A program made the position numbers and the translations under genes. DNA of 64,000 nt, taken from positions 1,024,001-1,088,000 of the forward strand of contig CBDAOI010000004.1 of the NCBI GenBank assembly GCA_965198005.1, in the 5' to 3' direction. This DNA is from Spirochaetia bacterium (GTDB lineage Bacteria > Spirochaetota > Spirochaetia > SZUA-6 > Bin103). Shown in pieces: positions 36,844 through 46,027 of the stretch. Position 1 is the first letter of the stretch. Each line of letters opens with the position of its first letter. The notes under the pieces are model-generated. The model did no database searches. It saw only the letters and a list, made by a program, of their open reading frames with translations, and was not told the DNA's origin.

Positions 36844-39615
36844 ATGGCCGTCCTCAAACGAGTCGAGATTCTCGGCTTCAAGTCGTTCCCTGAGCGGACC
36901 ATTATTGACCTGTCTGTGGGCATTTCGGCCGTCGTGGGCCCGAATGGCTGCGGCAAGAGCAATGTCGTCGATGCGATTCGCTGGGCGCTTGGCGAGCAGA
37001 ACCCCCGTGCGCTCCGCGCGGAGCGGATGGAGGATGTGATCTTTGGCGGTACCGAGAGCCGCAGCCGGGTGGGCGTGGCGGAAGTCACGCTGGTGGTCGG
37101 GAATGAAGACCGCTCGCTGCCGACCACCATCACGGAGGTCGAGTTGCGCCGCCGTCTGTACCGTTCGGGTGAAAGCGAGTATCTGATCAACCGGCAGCCG
37201 GTGCGGCTGCGCGACCTGCGCGACCTGTTCTTCGACACCGGCGTGGGCAAGAACGCCTACTCGGTGATGGAGCAGGGCCGGATCGACCTGCTGCTCGCGG
37301 CCAAGCCGGAAGACCGGCGCCAGGTGTTCGAGGAGGCCGCGGGCATTGCCCGCTACCGGGCGCGCGGCGCGGAAGCGGAGCGCAAGCTGGCGCATACGCA
37401 CGAAAACATGAGCCGGATCGAGGCGATCGTTGCCGAGGTCAAGCGCGCGCGCGAAGTCCTGGCCGACCAGAGGGAGCGTGCCCATCAGTATCGCACCCTG
37501 CAGGAACGGATGTTCGGCGCCGAGCGCGACCTGGAGCTGATCCGCCTGCGCGATCTCCGGGAGCGGCACGCCAAGCAGCAGACCGAACTGCGCGCTGCCC
37601 AGGATGGGCGCGAGCGGCTGCGGGCCGAGAGCCGCCGGGCGCGGGAGGAAGTACAGCAGCGGGACGACGACATCCGCCGCACCGAGGGCGAGGTGGTCGA
37701 GGTGCAGCGCCGGTTGTACGGGGCGGACCTCAAGCGCGGCAACGCCGACGAACGGATCAAGGCCACCCGCGACCGCATCGCCGACCTCGAACACAGCCGG
37801 ACCGGCTATCGCGACCGCGACCGGGAGGTGGCTGCCCGGATCGCGCAGCTTGAGCAGCTCCTGTCCGTACGCCGCGCAGAGGTTCGGGAAACCGCGCAAC
37901 GGCTGGCGGAGGTGGAGGTCGACTACACCGCCACCACGGCGGCGGTGGCCGAGCTGGAGCAGCAGGTGCGCGCCAACGACGCAATCATCGCCACCGCGGG
38001 CGCCGCGGTGCGGGCCGCCGATCAGCAGCTGGATGAGCTGCGCTCCCGCTTGCGCAGCATCACCGATGACATTGTCACCAGTCTCGATTCCGGACTGCAG
38101 GCGGTGGGCTACTCGCCGCAGGCGCGCGCCGCCGCCGAGCAGGATATCGCCGAGCTGCTGCGCGACCTGAACGCCACGCTGGCGGCGCCCCCGGACCCGA
38201 CGTCGGCGCTTGACCGCCTCGCGGTCGCGCGCGGGCAGGTGGAACGGCTCGAAGGGCTGATCGGGTCGTACGGCAGGCTCGCGTCCGCGTTCATCGACGA
38301 CTTCCTCTCCCCCTCCGGGATCGTTACCCAGAAGCGACGACTCGACGACGAGCTCGGCGCAACCGTCGTTCGCATCGCGCGCGAACGCAGCCGTGCGGAG
38401 GAAGGACGCCAGGCGAACCGCAAGTTGGCCGTCGCGATCGAGCGGCAACGCCGCCGGATGCACGCGCTCCAGGTGGAACGGGCGCGGGGCCAGACCCGCC
38501 GGGACGGACTCGCCGCCGAGTGCCGGCGCATGATCGACGCCATCGGCGAGCAGCAGGGCCGGCGCAATGAGCTGGCGCGGGACGAGGAGCAGGCGGCCGC
38601 GGCGATCCGGGAGTTGACGGCGGACGTGCACGAGCTGGAAGCGCAGCGCGCCCTGCTGTCGCGCGAGGAGCAGACGCTGCGCCGCCGCCTGGTGGATCTG
38701 AACCGCGCGCTGCGCGGATACCGTGACGATCAGGTCGCGCGCCGCCGCGCCATCCGGGAGCTGGAGCTCAAGCTGGAGGAAAGCGGCGCCGCAATCGAGC
38801 GGCTGCGGGTCGGGGAGATCGAGATCACCACCGAAATCCGTACCACGCTGCGCAACTTCCAGGAGACTCACGCCCAGGATCTGTCCCAGTACGAGCTCGA
38901 CATCACTCAGACCGAGTCCCGCCAGGAATTGCGCGCGACGCGCGCCCGCCTGCGCGAGGAGGTGCGCCGGCTCGGTCACGTGAACCTGATGGCGCCCGAG
39001 CAGTTTCGGGAGGTGGACGAGCGTTACCGGTTCCTGCGCGGCCAGCTGAACGATCTGGAGACGGCCTCTCGGGACCTGGAACAGGTCACCAGCCAGATTC
39101 GCAGCCAGTCGAGCGCGCTGTTTCTCAAGTCCTTCCGCGCGATTCGCGACGAGTTCCAGGCGATGTTCAGGCGCCTGTTCGGGGGTGGGCGTACCGAGCT
39201 GCGCCTCACCGATCCGGACGACGTGCTGAACGCCGGCATCGAGTTCTACGCCCAGCCGCCCGGCAAGAAGCTCGAGACCATCGCGCTGCTCTCCGGCGGC
39301 GAACGGGCGCTTACCTCGGTGGCGCTGCTGTTTGCCCTCTACCGGGTACGCCCCTCGCCGTTCTGTATCCTGGACGAGATCGACGCCGCCCTTGACGACG
39401 AGAACGTGGGCCGGCTGGTGGAGCTGTTGACCGAGTTCGCCGCGCACACCCAGTTCCTGCTTATCACCCACAACAAGCGCACCGCGGCGGGTGCCGCCCA
39501 TCTGTTCGGGATTACCATGGAGGAGCAGGGAATCTCCCGGCTGGTGACCCTGCGGCTGCCCGCGGTGGAGCGCGCGCAGCTCGCCGCCGTGCCCGAGATG
39601 GCGGGCGCCGGGTAA
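36844..39615 (+). CDS. smc: Chromosome segregation protein SMC (short form, about 923 aa)
   Basis: GFKSF, GPNGCGKSN, EQG Q-loop, LSGGE, FCILDEIDAALD, ITHNK; long coiled coils. Confidence 0.95.
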   Translation: MAVLKRVEILGFKSFPERTIIDLSVGISAVVGPNGCGKSNVVDAIRWALGEQNPRALRAERMEDVIFGGTESRSRVGVAEVTLVVGNEDRSLPTTITEVELRRRLYRSGESEYLINRQPVRLRDLRDLFFDTGVGKNAYSVMEQGRIDLLLAAKPEDRRQVFEEAAGIARYRARGAEAERKLAHTHENMSRIEAIVAEVKRAREVLADQRERAHQYRTLQERMFGAERDLELIRLRDLRERHAKQQTELRAAQDGRERLRAESRRAREEVQQRDDDIRRTEGEVVEVQRRLYGADLKRGNADERIKATRDRIADLEHSRTGYRDRDREVAARIAQLEQLLSVRRAEVRETAQRLAEVEVDYTATTAAVAELEQQVRANDAIIATAGAAVRAADQQLDELRSRLRSITDDIVTSLDSGLQAVGYSPQARAAAEQDIAELLRDLNATLAAPPDPTSALDRLAVARGQVERLEGLIGSYGRLASAFIDDFLSPSGIVTQKRRLDDELGATVVRIARERSRAEEGRQANRKLAVAIERQRRRMHALQVERARGQTRRDGLAAECRRMIDAIGEQQGRRNELARDEEQAAAAIRELTADVHELEAQRALLSREEQTLRRRLVDLNRALRGYRDDQVARRRAIRELELKLEESGAAIERLRVGEIEITTEIRTTLRNFQETHAQDLSQYELDITQTESRQELRATRARLREEVRRLGHVNLMAPEQFREVDERYRFLRGQLNDLETASRDLEQVTSQIRSQSSALFLKSFRAIRDEFQAMFRRLFGGGRTELRLTDPDDVLNAGIEFYAQPPGKKLETIALLSGGERALTSVALLFALYRVRPSPFCILDEIDAALDDENVGRLVELLTEFAAHTQFLLITHNKRTAAGAAHLFGITMEEQGISRLVTLRLPAVERAQLAAVPEMAGAG

Positions 39616-39728
39616 AACCTGCGAAGATTGGGAAGATTGCGCGGGGCTTTGGACTTAACGCCAGATTCTGGTAGATTAGAGACTGTTGCGTGATAGCGAA
39701 GCCGGCGCGCCGGCGTTGGAGAGTGCAG

Positions 39729-41765
39729 ATGTCCGATAGTTCGTCCGACACGCAGAGCGGTAGGGACACAGCCGCGGCGACCGATCAGCCGGCCGTGCCG
39801 GCGAAGCAACCGCCCGCGGCGATCGACCAGTCGGCCCCGCGGCCGCCGGAGAAGCCGCCGGCGGCCCAGAACGGCGACCAGCCGGGAGACCGCCAGCAGG
39901 GGTTCTGGCAGAACGTGCGCGTGCCCGACCTGGTGAAGCACCGCATCGAGGTGGTCAAGCAGCAACGCCGCCTGACCAAGAAGGTGCGCCAGCTCATCCG
40001 CAAGTTCGTTCCGGTGGTGGTGGTCGCGGCTGCGGCTACGCTGATCTGGTCGAACGAAACGATCCTCAACATCTTTCTGCAACTACTCAGTTTCGTTGGC
40101 CAGCTCCTGTTCGCCATTCTGTTCATGCTGGTCCAGTTCGGATCGCTGTTCTGGTTCATGTCGCGCTCCAAGATCGAGCGCATCCGTCCCGAAGACCCCA
40201 AGATCATCACCTTCGACGACTACTGGGGCCAGCCGCGCCTGAAGCGGCTGGTGCGCCAGTGGCTCGGTCTGCTGTCCGATCGCCAGCAATTCGTCGAGAT
40301 GGGCGGCCGTTATATCAACGGCCTGCTGCTCTACGGGCCCCCGGGAACCGGCAAGACGATGCTGGCCAAGGCGATGGCCGGCGAAGCTGGCGTGGCGTTC
40401 ATATCGATCGAGGGGTCCGGCTTCCGCGCCATGTTCTGGGGCGTGGACGTGATGAAGATGATCTGGTTCATCCGCAAGGCGCGCAAGCTGGCGCAGCGCT
40501 ACGGGGCCGCGATCGCTTACATTGACGAGATCGACGCCGTCGCCCAGAGCCGCGGTGGCGTGATGGGCGGCGGCGGCGGCGGTGGCGGCGGCGGCGGCGG
40601 CGCGGGCGGCTTCATGGGCGGTGGTGGTAGCGGTGCGCTGACCCGCCTGCTGTATGAGATGGACGGCATCGACAGCAAGACCCTCAAGGAAAAAATCAAG
40701 GGCAAGCTGTTCCAGGTAGCGGGCAAGAAGCCGCCCGACCGGAACTGGCACGTGCTGTTCATGGGCTCCACCAACCGGCCCGACGTGATCGACCCGGCGC
40801 TCAAGCGTCCGGGGCGCTTCGATCAGCTCATCAAGGTGGATCTGCCCGACCGCACCGGCCGGCGCGAAATCGTCGAGGGTTACCTGCGCACCGTCAACCA
40901 TGACGACACCGTGGACGTCGAGGCGATCGTGATGAACAACCGCGCCGCCACGCCGGCGCAGATCATGGCCGCCATCACCAAGGACGCCGTGCGCGTAGCG
41001 CTGTTCGACCACCGCAACGCCGTCTCCCAGCAGGACATCGAGAAGGCGTTCCTGCAGCAGTACACCGGTATCGAGAACCCGATCGAGGAGATGGAGGAAC
41101 GGCAACGCTGGGAGGTGGCGGTGCACGAGGCGGGGCACGCGGTGGCCCAGCACTACCTGATGCCGGACACCCGCATCGCGCACATTACCATCGTGCGCCG
41201 GGGCGACGCACTCGGCTTCGTGCTGCCGATGGACGAGGTGGAGATGTACTCCCAGCCGCTCAGCCGCATCGTGCGCGATCTGATGGTGTGCCTGGCGGGG
41301 CAGGCCGCCATGCGCGTGGTGTTCGGCGAGTCCTTCACCGGCGCGTCCGGCGGGGACTACCCGATGGTGCGGGAGCGGCTGTGGCGGCTGTACAATGAAG
41401 GGTACTTCGGACCGCCGGTGGTCGACTGGCGCACCGGCCGTGACTCTACCGGCGGCGCCGTGGCCGACCGTGACGCGCAGGCCGCGCTGCGGCGCATGTG
41501 GGGCGACCTGCAACAGCGCACCGAGGCGTTGTTGCGTGACCACCAGGCGCAACTGACCGACTTGGCCCAGCACCTGGTGGACCACAACTCACTGAGCACC
41601 AAACAGGTGCTCGCGATCCTGGGACCCAACAAGCCGGATACGCCGCCCGAACTGCTGCCGTCGCCGCCGAAGCTGCAGCCGCCGGAGCCGCTGCAGCCGC
41701 CCGAGCAGCTCGAGCCGCCGGCCGCGGCCGCTTCCCAGACCGAGCCGGGCGCCGCCGCCGGCTGA
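39729..41765 (+). CDS. FtsH-like AAA+ ATPase / M41 zinc metalloprotease
   Basis: Two TM segments, GPPGTGKT, YIDEID, STNRPDVIDPALKRPGRFD, HEAGH. Confidence 0.88.
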   Translation: MSDSSSDTQSGRDTAAATDQPAVPAKQPPAAIDQSAPRPPEKPPAAQNGDQPGDRQQGFWQNVRVPDLVKHRIEVVKQQRRLTKKVRQLIRKFVPVVVVAAAATLIWSNETILNIFLQLLSFVGQLLFAILFMLVQFGSLFWFMSRSKIERIRPEDPKIITFDDYWGQPRLKRLVRQWLGLLSDRQQFVEMGGRYINGLLLYGPPGTGKTMLAKAMAGEAGVAFISIEGSGFRAMFWGVDVMKMIWFIRKARKLAQRYGAAIAYIDEIDAVAQSRGGVMGGGGGGGGGGGGAGGFMGGGGSGALTRLLYEMDGIDSKTLKEKIKGKLFQVAGKKPPDRNWHVLFMGSTNRPDVIDPALKRPGRFDQLIKVDLPDRTGRREIVEGYLRTVNHDDTVDVEAIVMNNRAATPAQIMAAITKDAVRVALFDHRNAVSQQDIEKAFLQQYTGIENPIEEMEERQRWEVAVHEAGHAVAQHYLMPDTRIAHITIVRRGDALGFVLPMDEVEMYSQPLSRIVRDLMVCLAGQAAMRVVFGESFTGASGGDYPMVRERLWRLYNEGYFGPPVVDWRTGRDSTGGAVADRDAQAALRRMWGDLQQRTEALLRDHQAQLTDLAQHLVDHNSLSTKQVLAILGPNKPDTPPELLPSPPKLQPPEPLQPPEQLEPPAAAASQTEPGAAAG

Positions 41766-41821
41766 CCGGCCTAACGCCACAACCGGCGCCGGGACGCCGC
41801 TTGTGGCCCATCCCGTCCGTC

Positions 41822-41858
41822 CGTTAGGAGTCTGTCGCAATCCGACAGACTCCTAACG
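41822..41858. terminator. 16-bp perfect inverted repeat between convergent genes
   Basis: CGTTAGGAGTCTGTCG-CAATC-CGACAGACTCCTAACG; contains the TAG stop of the minus-strand gene. Confidence 0.7.
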
Positions 41859-43220
41859 CGACCAGAACGCGAAGTCGCCGCGCGCGACGAACTGCGGTTT
41901 CAGGGAACCGCTGGCGGCGGATACGAACACGCCGGGGAAGCCCTGGCTGGTGAACGCGCTGTAGGTCAGGTAGCGGCCGTTGGGCGACCAGATCGACGCG
42001 GAGCGCAGGTACTGATCGAAGTACGGCAGGTGGCTGCGCAGAAAAGCCTCGCTGATCGGGAACTGCACGATGCGCCAGGAGGTGCCGCGGTCCGCATCGG
42101 CTACCCGCAACTCCACGTACAGCAGGTTGGGCTGACGCGCGAACAGCGGCTCCAGCACCAGACCCTGCTCCGGGTCGGGTTGCGCCGGCACCAGATAGGC
42201 GAGGCGTTGTCCGTTCGGTGACCAGAAGAAGGCGATGATGTTGCGCTCGGCGAGCGTGACTTCACTGCCGCCCCGGGCGTCGATGATCGACAGCTCGCCG
42301 TCGGCGGCGAGTCCGGGGCGCGACCTCTTCAACACCGCGAGCCGGGTGCCGATCGGGGCATACGCGATGTAGGCAAACCCCGGCACGTCGGTGAGCACCC
42401 GCTCCTCCGGGCCGTCGAGTTCGCGCACCACGAGCTGGGAGCCGTCGCCACTGCCGGCCACGTACGCCATGTAGCGGCCGTCGGGCGAGATCGCCGGCGC
42501 CTGGAACCCGGTCGGAGCCACCGTGTAGTCGGCCTTGGTGCGGACCGGGTCCAGCGGCACCAGCGTCAAGCGCGCCGCCACCGAAGAGCGGGCGTCGCCG
42601 CCGACGTGCGTGAGCAGGGCGCTGCCGTCGGGGAGCCAGCTCCAGAAGTAGGGCTGGCCCTTGTCCAGGGTGCGGTACGACTCCTGTTCCACGTCGACCA
42701 CACCCAGTTCCAGGCGGAGTGAGTCGAGCGGTTGCGACAGCAGAGTGAGCAGGCGGCCGTCCGGCGACCAGTACAGGTAGATCGGGCGCAGGGTCTCGGT
42801 GGTGAACACCTCGCGTTGCCCCGTGCCGTCCCAGTCGGTGAGCATGATCGACGTGGTCACGGCGCCGCCCGGCGCCACAGCAGTGCGGGCGAACGCGATC
42901 CGCCGATCGTCCGGCGCCCAGGTGGGCTGCATGTAGGAGACGATCGCCGTCCGATCGCGACTTACGCCCGCGTCTTCGGTCAGCCTGGTTTCACGGCCGC
43001 CGGACTGATCGACGCTGTAGATGTTGCCGTCGTTGCCGACGTACCCGATGCGCCCCACCTTGCGCTGCAGCGTCTGCAGCAGCGGGCTGGTTTCCAGCCG
43101 CAGCCGGTTTTCGCCGCAGCCGACGGCCAGCAGGGCGCCGGTGGCGAGCGCCACCCCGACCGCCAGCCGGACGGCGCGCGACTGCCGCCCGCGACTTCCG
43201 GTGACGGCGCGGCTCACCAC
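41853..43220 (-). CDS. TolB-like (PD40) beta-propeller lipoprotein
   Basis: LAVGC lipobox; repeated WAPD/WSPDG/WLPDG/ISPDG/WSPNG blades. Confidence 0.82.
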   Translation of the reverse strand: MVSRAVTGSRGRQSRAVRLAVGVALATGALLAVGCGENRLRLETSPLLQTLQRKVGRIGYVGNDGNIYSVDQSGGRETRLTEDAGVSRDRTAIVSYMQPTWAPDDRRIAFARTAVAPGGAVTTSIMLTDWDGTGQREVFTTETLRPIYLYWSPDGRLLTLLSQPLDSLRLELGVVDVEQESYRTLDKGQPYFWSWLPDGSALLTHVGGDARSSVAARLTLVPLDPVRTKADYTVAPTGFQAPAISPDGRYMAYVAGSGDGSQLVVRELDGPEERVLTDVPGFAYIAYAPIGTRLAVLKRSRPGLAADGELSIIDARGGSEVTLAERNIIAFFWSPNGQRLAYLVPAQPDPEQGLVLEPLFARQPNLLYVELRVADADRGTSWRIVQFPISEAFLRSHLPYFDQYLRSASIWSPNGRYLTYSAFTSQGFPGVFVSAASGSLKPQFVARGDFAFWSR

Positions 43221-43221
43221 G

Positions 43222-44586
43222 TCAGCGCCAGGACCAGAATCCGATCAGCCCGTCGACAACCCGCCGCGGTGCTATGTTGCCCTCCGCCTTCGCCACGACT
43301 ATGCCCGGCCCCGCCTGCGACAGCGCGGCGAACACGATGTTGCGGCTGTCCGGCGACCAGACGCGGGCCGTCAGATAGTACTGATCGAACTGCTGCACCA
43401 CGGACAGGAACTGGGAAGTGGGCACGAAGCTGGCGATCTCGCGCCCGGTTCCCTTGCGCACGTCGTGGACGTACAGCGTCAGAAACAGCGTCGGCGGTTG
43501 CTGGTCGTCGTTCGGATCGCTCACGAAGCCGGGCACGAAGTAGGCGATCTTCCTGCTGTTGGGAGACCAGAAGAACCCCAGCACCACCTGCCCTTCGGTT
43601 ACCGCCCGGTCCTCGCCGCCGCGCTCCTCCAGCGCCACCAGCCGCAGGTCCCCCTGCACTTCTCCATCGATCCGGCTGCGCGTGACGTGGGCGACCAGCT
43701 TGCCGTTGGGCGACCACGCGAACGCCAGCGAGGCGTCGATTCCCGCCGCCGCCCGGCCCAGCACCCGATATACCGACCCGTCGCGGCTGGTCATTACCAG
43801 CTCCGCCTGGTCGCCGGCCAGCACCGCGACCAGGAACCGGGTGCCGTCCGGCGACCAGGCGGGCGCCTGAAACCGCGCCGGGCGCAGCGCCATGCCCTCC
43901 TCGTAGATCCCGCCGTCGACATTGAGAAACGCCAGCCGCGAGCGCGGCGCCAAGCCCGACCCGCCCGCGTGCACGATCATCGAGCGGGCATCGGGAGCCC
44001 ACGACCAGTAGAACGGGTTGCCGGCGTCGAGCATGGTCGCCTCGCCGCCCACCGCGGGAACCATCTGCAGCGCCGATGCCGTGCCGCCCGAGGTAGAGGT
44101 AAGGAAGGTGAGCCATTCACCGTCGGGAGACCAGTACAGGATGCGGGGCATGTACTGGCCGCTGGAGAACGCCTGCACGATGTTGGAGCCGTCCGGCGAG
44201 GTCGTGAACACACTGGTGGAGTCCGCGAACCGGGTGTTGCCGTAGATGCCGATGAACGCCAGACGGGAGTCGTCCGGGGCCCAGGCCGGAAACTGGTAGT
44301 AGCGGAGCAACCCGCGTTCATCCTCGGCCTGGGGAATGACGGCGTCCTCGGTGACCGCGGTCAGGTTCCCGCCCGCCTGATCCATGGTGTAGATGTTGCC
44401 GTCGGTGCCGGCAAACGCGATGCGGCCCGACTTGCGCTCCACGAACCGCAGCAGCGGACTCTGGCCGATGGTTACTTCGTCGCCCGAGCAGGACGCCAGC
44501 AGCAGGGCGATCAGCGTCGCGGCGGTCGCCGCCGTCCGCCGGCTGCGCCGCCCGCGCACCCGTCCCGGCCGGGCGGTGTCCGCCAT
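43222..44586 (-). CDS. TolB-like (PD40) beta-propeller lipoprotein, paralog of 41853-43220
   Basis: LLASC lipobox; repeated W(S/A)P(D/N) blades; shared SPLL..RK.GRI..G.DGNIY..DQ.GG and FDQY..WSP..FWS motifs. Confidence 0.82.
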   Translation of the reverse strand: MADTARPGRVRGRRSRRTAATAATLIALLLASCSGDEVTIGQSPLLRFVERKSGRIAFAGTDGNIYTMDQAGGNLTAVTEDAVIPQAEDERGLLRYYQFPAWAPDDSRLAFIGIYGNTRFADSTSVFTTSPDGSNIVQAFSSGQYMPRILYWSPDGEWLTFLTSTSGGTASALQMVPAVGGEATMLDAGNPFYWSWAPDARSMIVHAGGSGLAPRSRLAFLNVDGGIYEEGMALRPARFQAPAWSPDGTRFLVAVLAGDQAELVMTSRDGSVYRVLGRAAAGIDASLAFAWSPNGKLVAHVTRSRIDGEVQGDLRLVALEERGGEDRAVTEGQVVLGFFWSPNSRKIAYFVPGFVSDPNDDQQPPTLFLTLYVHDVRKGTGREIASFVPTSQFLSVVQQFDQYYLTARVWSPDSRNIVFAALSQAGPGIVVAKAEGNIAPRRVVDGLIGFWSWR

Positions 44587-45896
44587 CAGCCGCTGGACCG
44601 CAGCAGCGCCGCCTGCGAGGCGTCACGCACCGGATCCACCGCTTCGGTCACCGCGTCCCAGTCGGTGCCCACCCGGAGATTGGGTTCCAGTCCGTTCAGC
44701 CCGACGTCCAGCAGAGCGGGAGTGCGGTAGGCCGTGCCGGTGATGAACAGCCGGGAGCCGTCGGGCAGCGGCACCAGTTGCAGTGTTTCGAGGTCGCCGC
44801 TGGTGCGTGTCCCGAACAGCACCGCGCGTCCGATACTCTGCAGTGCCGCGGCGAAGATCTCGGGGCGTCCCTCCGTATCGGGGCCGATCAGAATGGCCAG
44901 CGGCAGCGTCTGCGACCCGGCTACGTCCTGTCCGGTCACGGTGATCGGAAAGCTCTCCTGGGTGGTGTAGATCTCACCCAGCGCGCCGTCCGCGAACAGG
45001 GTCAGCATCTCCACCAATGGCCAGGAGTCGCCGATCGCGGCGATCCGCAGATCCAGGATGATGCCGCGCAGAGCGACCTGCTGCGCCACGCTCTGCAGCA
45101 CCTGCACTACCTCGGTGGTCAGCGTAGCGGTGGTCTGGCGCGGGAACAGCAGATAGGCGAGGTCGGATTCGGGCAGCACCGCGAACCGCAGGCGGCTGGC
45201 GGCCTCGCCGAGTTGCACCTGGCCACGGGTCACGGCGACGTCACGCGGCGGTTGATGGGGCGAGCGCACGGTGAGCGTAACCACCGACCCGGCCGGGCCG
45301 CGGATGCGAGTCACGACCTGCTCGCCCTCCTCGCGGCGGATCGGAATGCCGTCCACCGCCAGCAGACTGTCGTGGTCGCGCAACCCGGCGCGTTCGGCCG
45401 GCGAGCCGGACATCACCGACAACAGAATGACGCGCGGCGTGGGAATGGCGCGGAACGCCACGTAGGCCCCGATCCCCTCGTAGTGGCGGGAGTCGGTCGA
45501 CTGCAGGCCGATGCGCTCGTCCCGCGACTGCCAGATGGCCGCATCCGGCGGCAGCTCACGGATCATCTCCCGGATGACGTCGGGAAACTCGGAGTCGCGG
45601 ATGAGGCCGAGGACCTTGGTTCGATAGCGGCTTTCCAGATCGTCCCACGGCACCGCGTGGTGCTCGCCGTACACGTAGTGCTCGCGCAGTGTCTCGATAA
45701 GCTGGTTGAAGGTACGTATTTGAACGTCGCGCAACGAGGCCGCGGCCTCGTCGGGATTCTGACTGCGCTGCTCCTGCCCCGCTTCGACGACGGCAAACGG
45801 CGCCTTCTGTCCGGCCGGTTCGTCCCGGCGGGTGCACCCGGAGAAAAGCAGCAACGCCGCCAGGGACGCGGCGACCAAGTAGTTCGTGGCCGACAC
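44586..45896 (-). CDS. PDZ + S41 tail-specific protease homolog lipoprotein, catalytic Ser/Lys absent
   Basis: LFSGC lipobox; YEGIGA and SPAERAGL (PDZ); GIILDLR; TEGRPEIF in place of SASASEI; TSGDL in place of TFGKG. Start placed at GTG 45896. Confidence 0.82.
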   Translation of the reverse strand: MSATNYLVAASLAALLLFSGCTRRDEPAGQKAPFAVVEAGQEQRSQNPDEAAASLRDVQIRTFNQLIETLREHYVYGEHHAVPWDDLESRYRTKVLGLIRDSEFPDVIREMIRELPPDAAIWQSRDERIGLQSTDSRHYEGIGAYVAFRAIPTPRVILLSVMSGSPAERAGLRDHDSLLAVDGIPIRREEGEQVVTRIRGPAGSVVTLTVRSPHQPPRDVAVTRGQVQLGEAASRLRFAVLPESDLAYLLFPRQTTATLTTEVVQVLQSVAQQVALRGIILDLRIAAIGDSWPLVEMLTLFADGALGEIYTTQESFPITVTGQDVAGSQTLPLAILIGPDTEGRPEIFAAALQSIGRAVLFGTRTSGDLETLQLVPLPDGSRLFITGTAYRTPALLDVGLNGLEPNLRVGTDWDAVTEAVDPVRDASQAALLRSSG

Positions 45897-46027
45897 TCTT
45901 CTTACGACACTCGTCCTTGAATAGTAACCGCGCACCGCGCCGTTGGCAAACGCCAATGGCCCGCCGGGCCCGCCGCACCCGCCGCGCGTTGACACGTCGC
46001 CGGCCCCGTCGCTATATCAATGGACCT

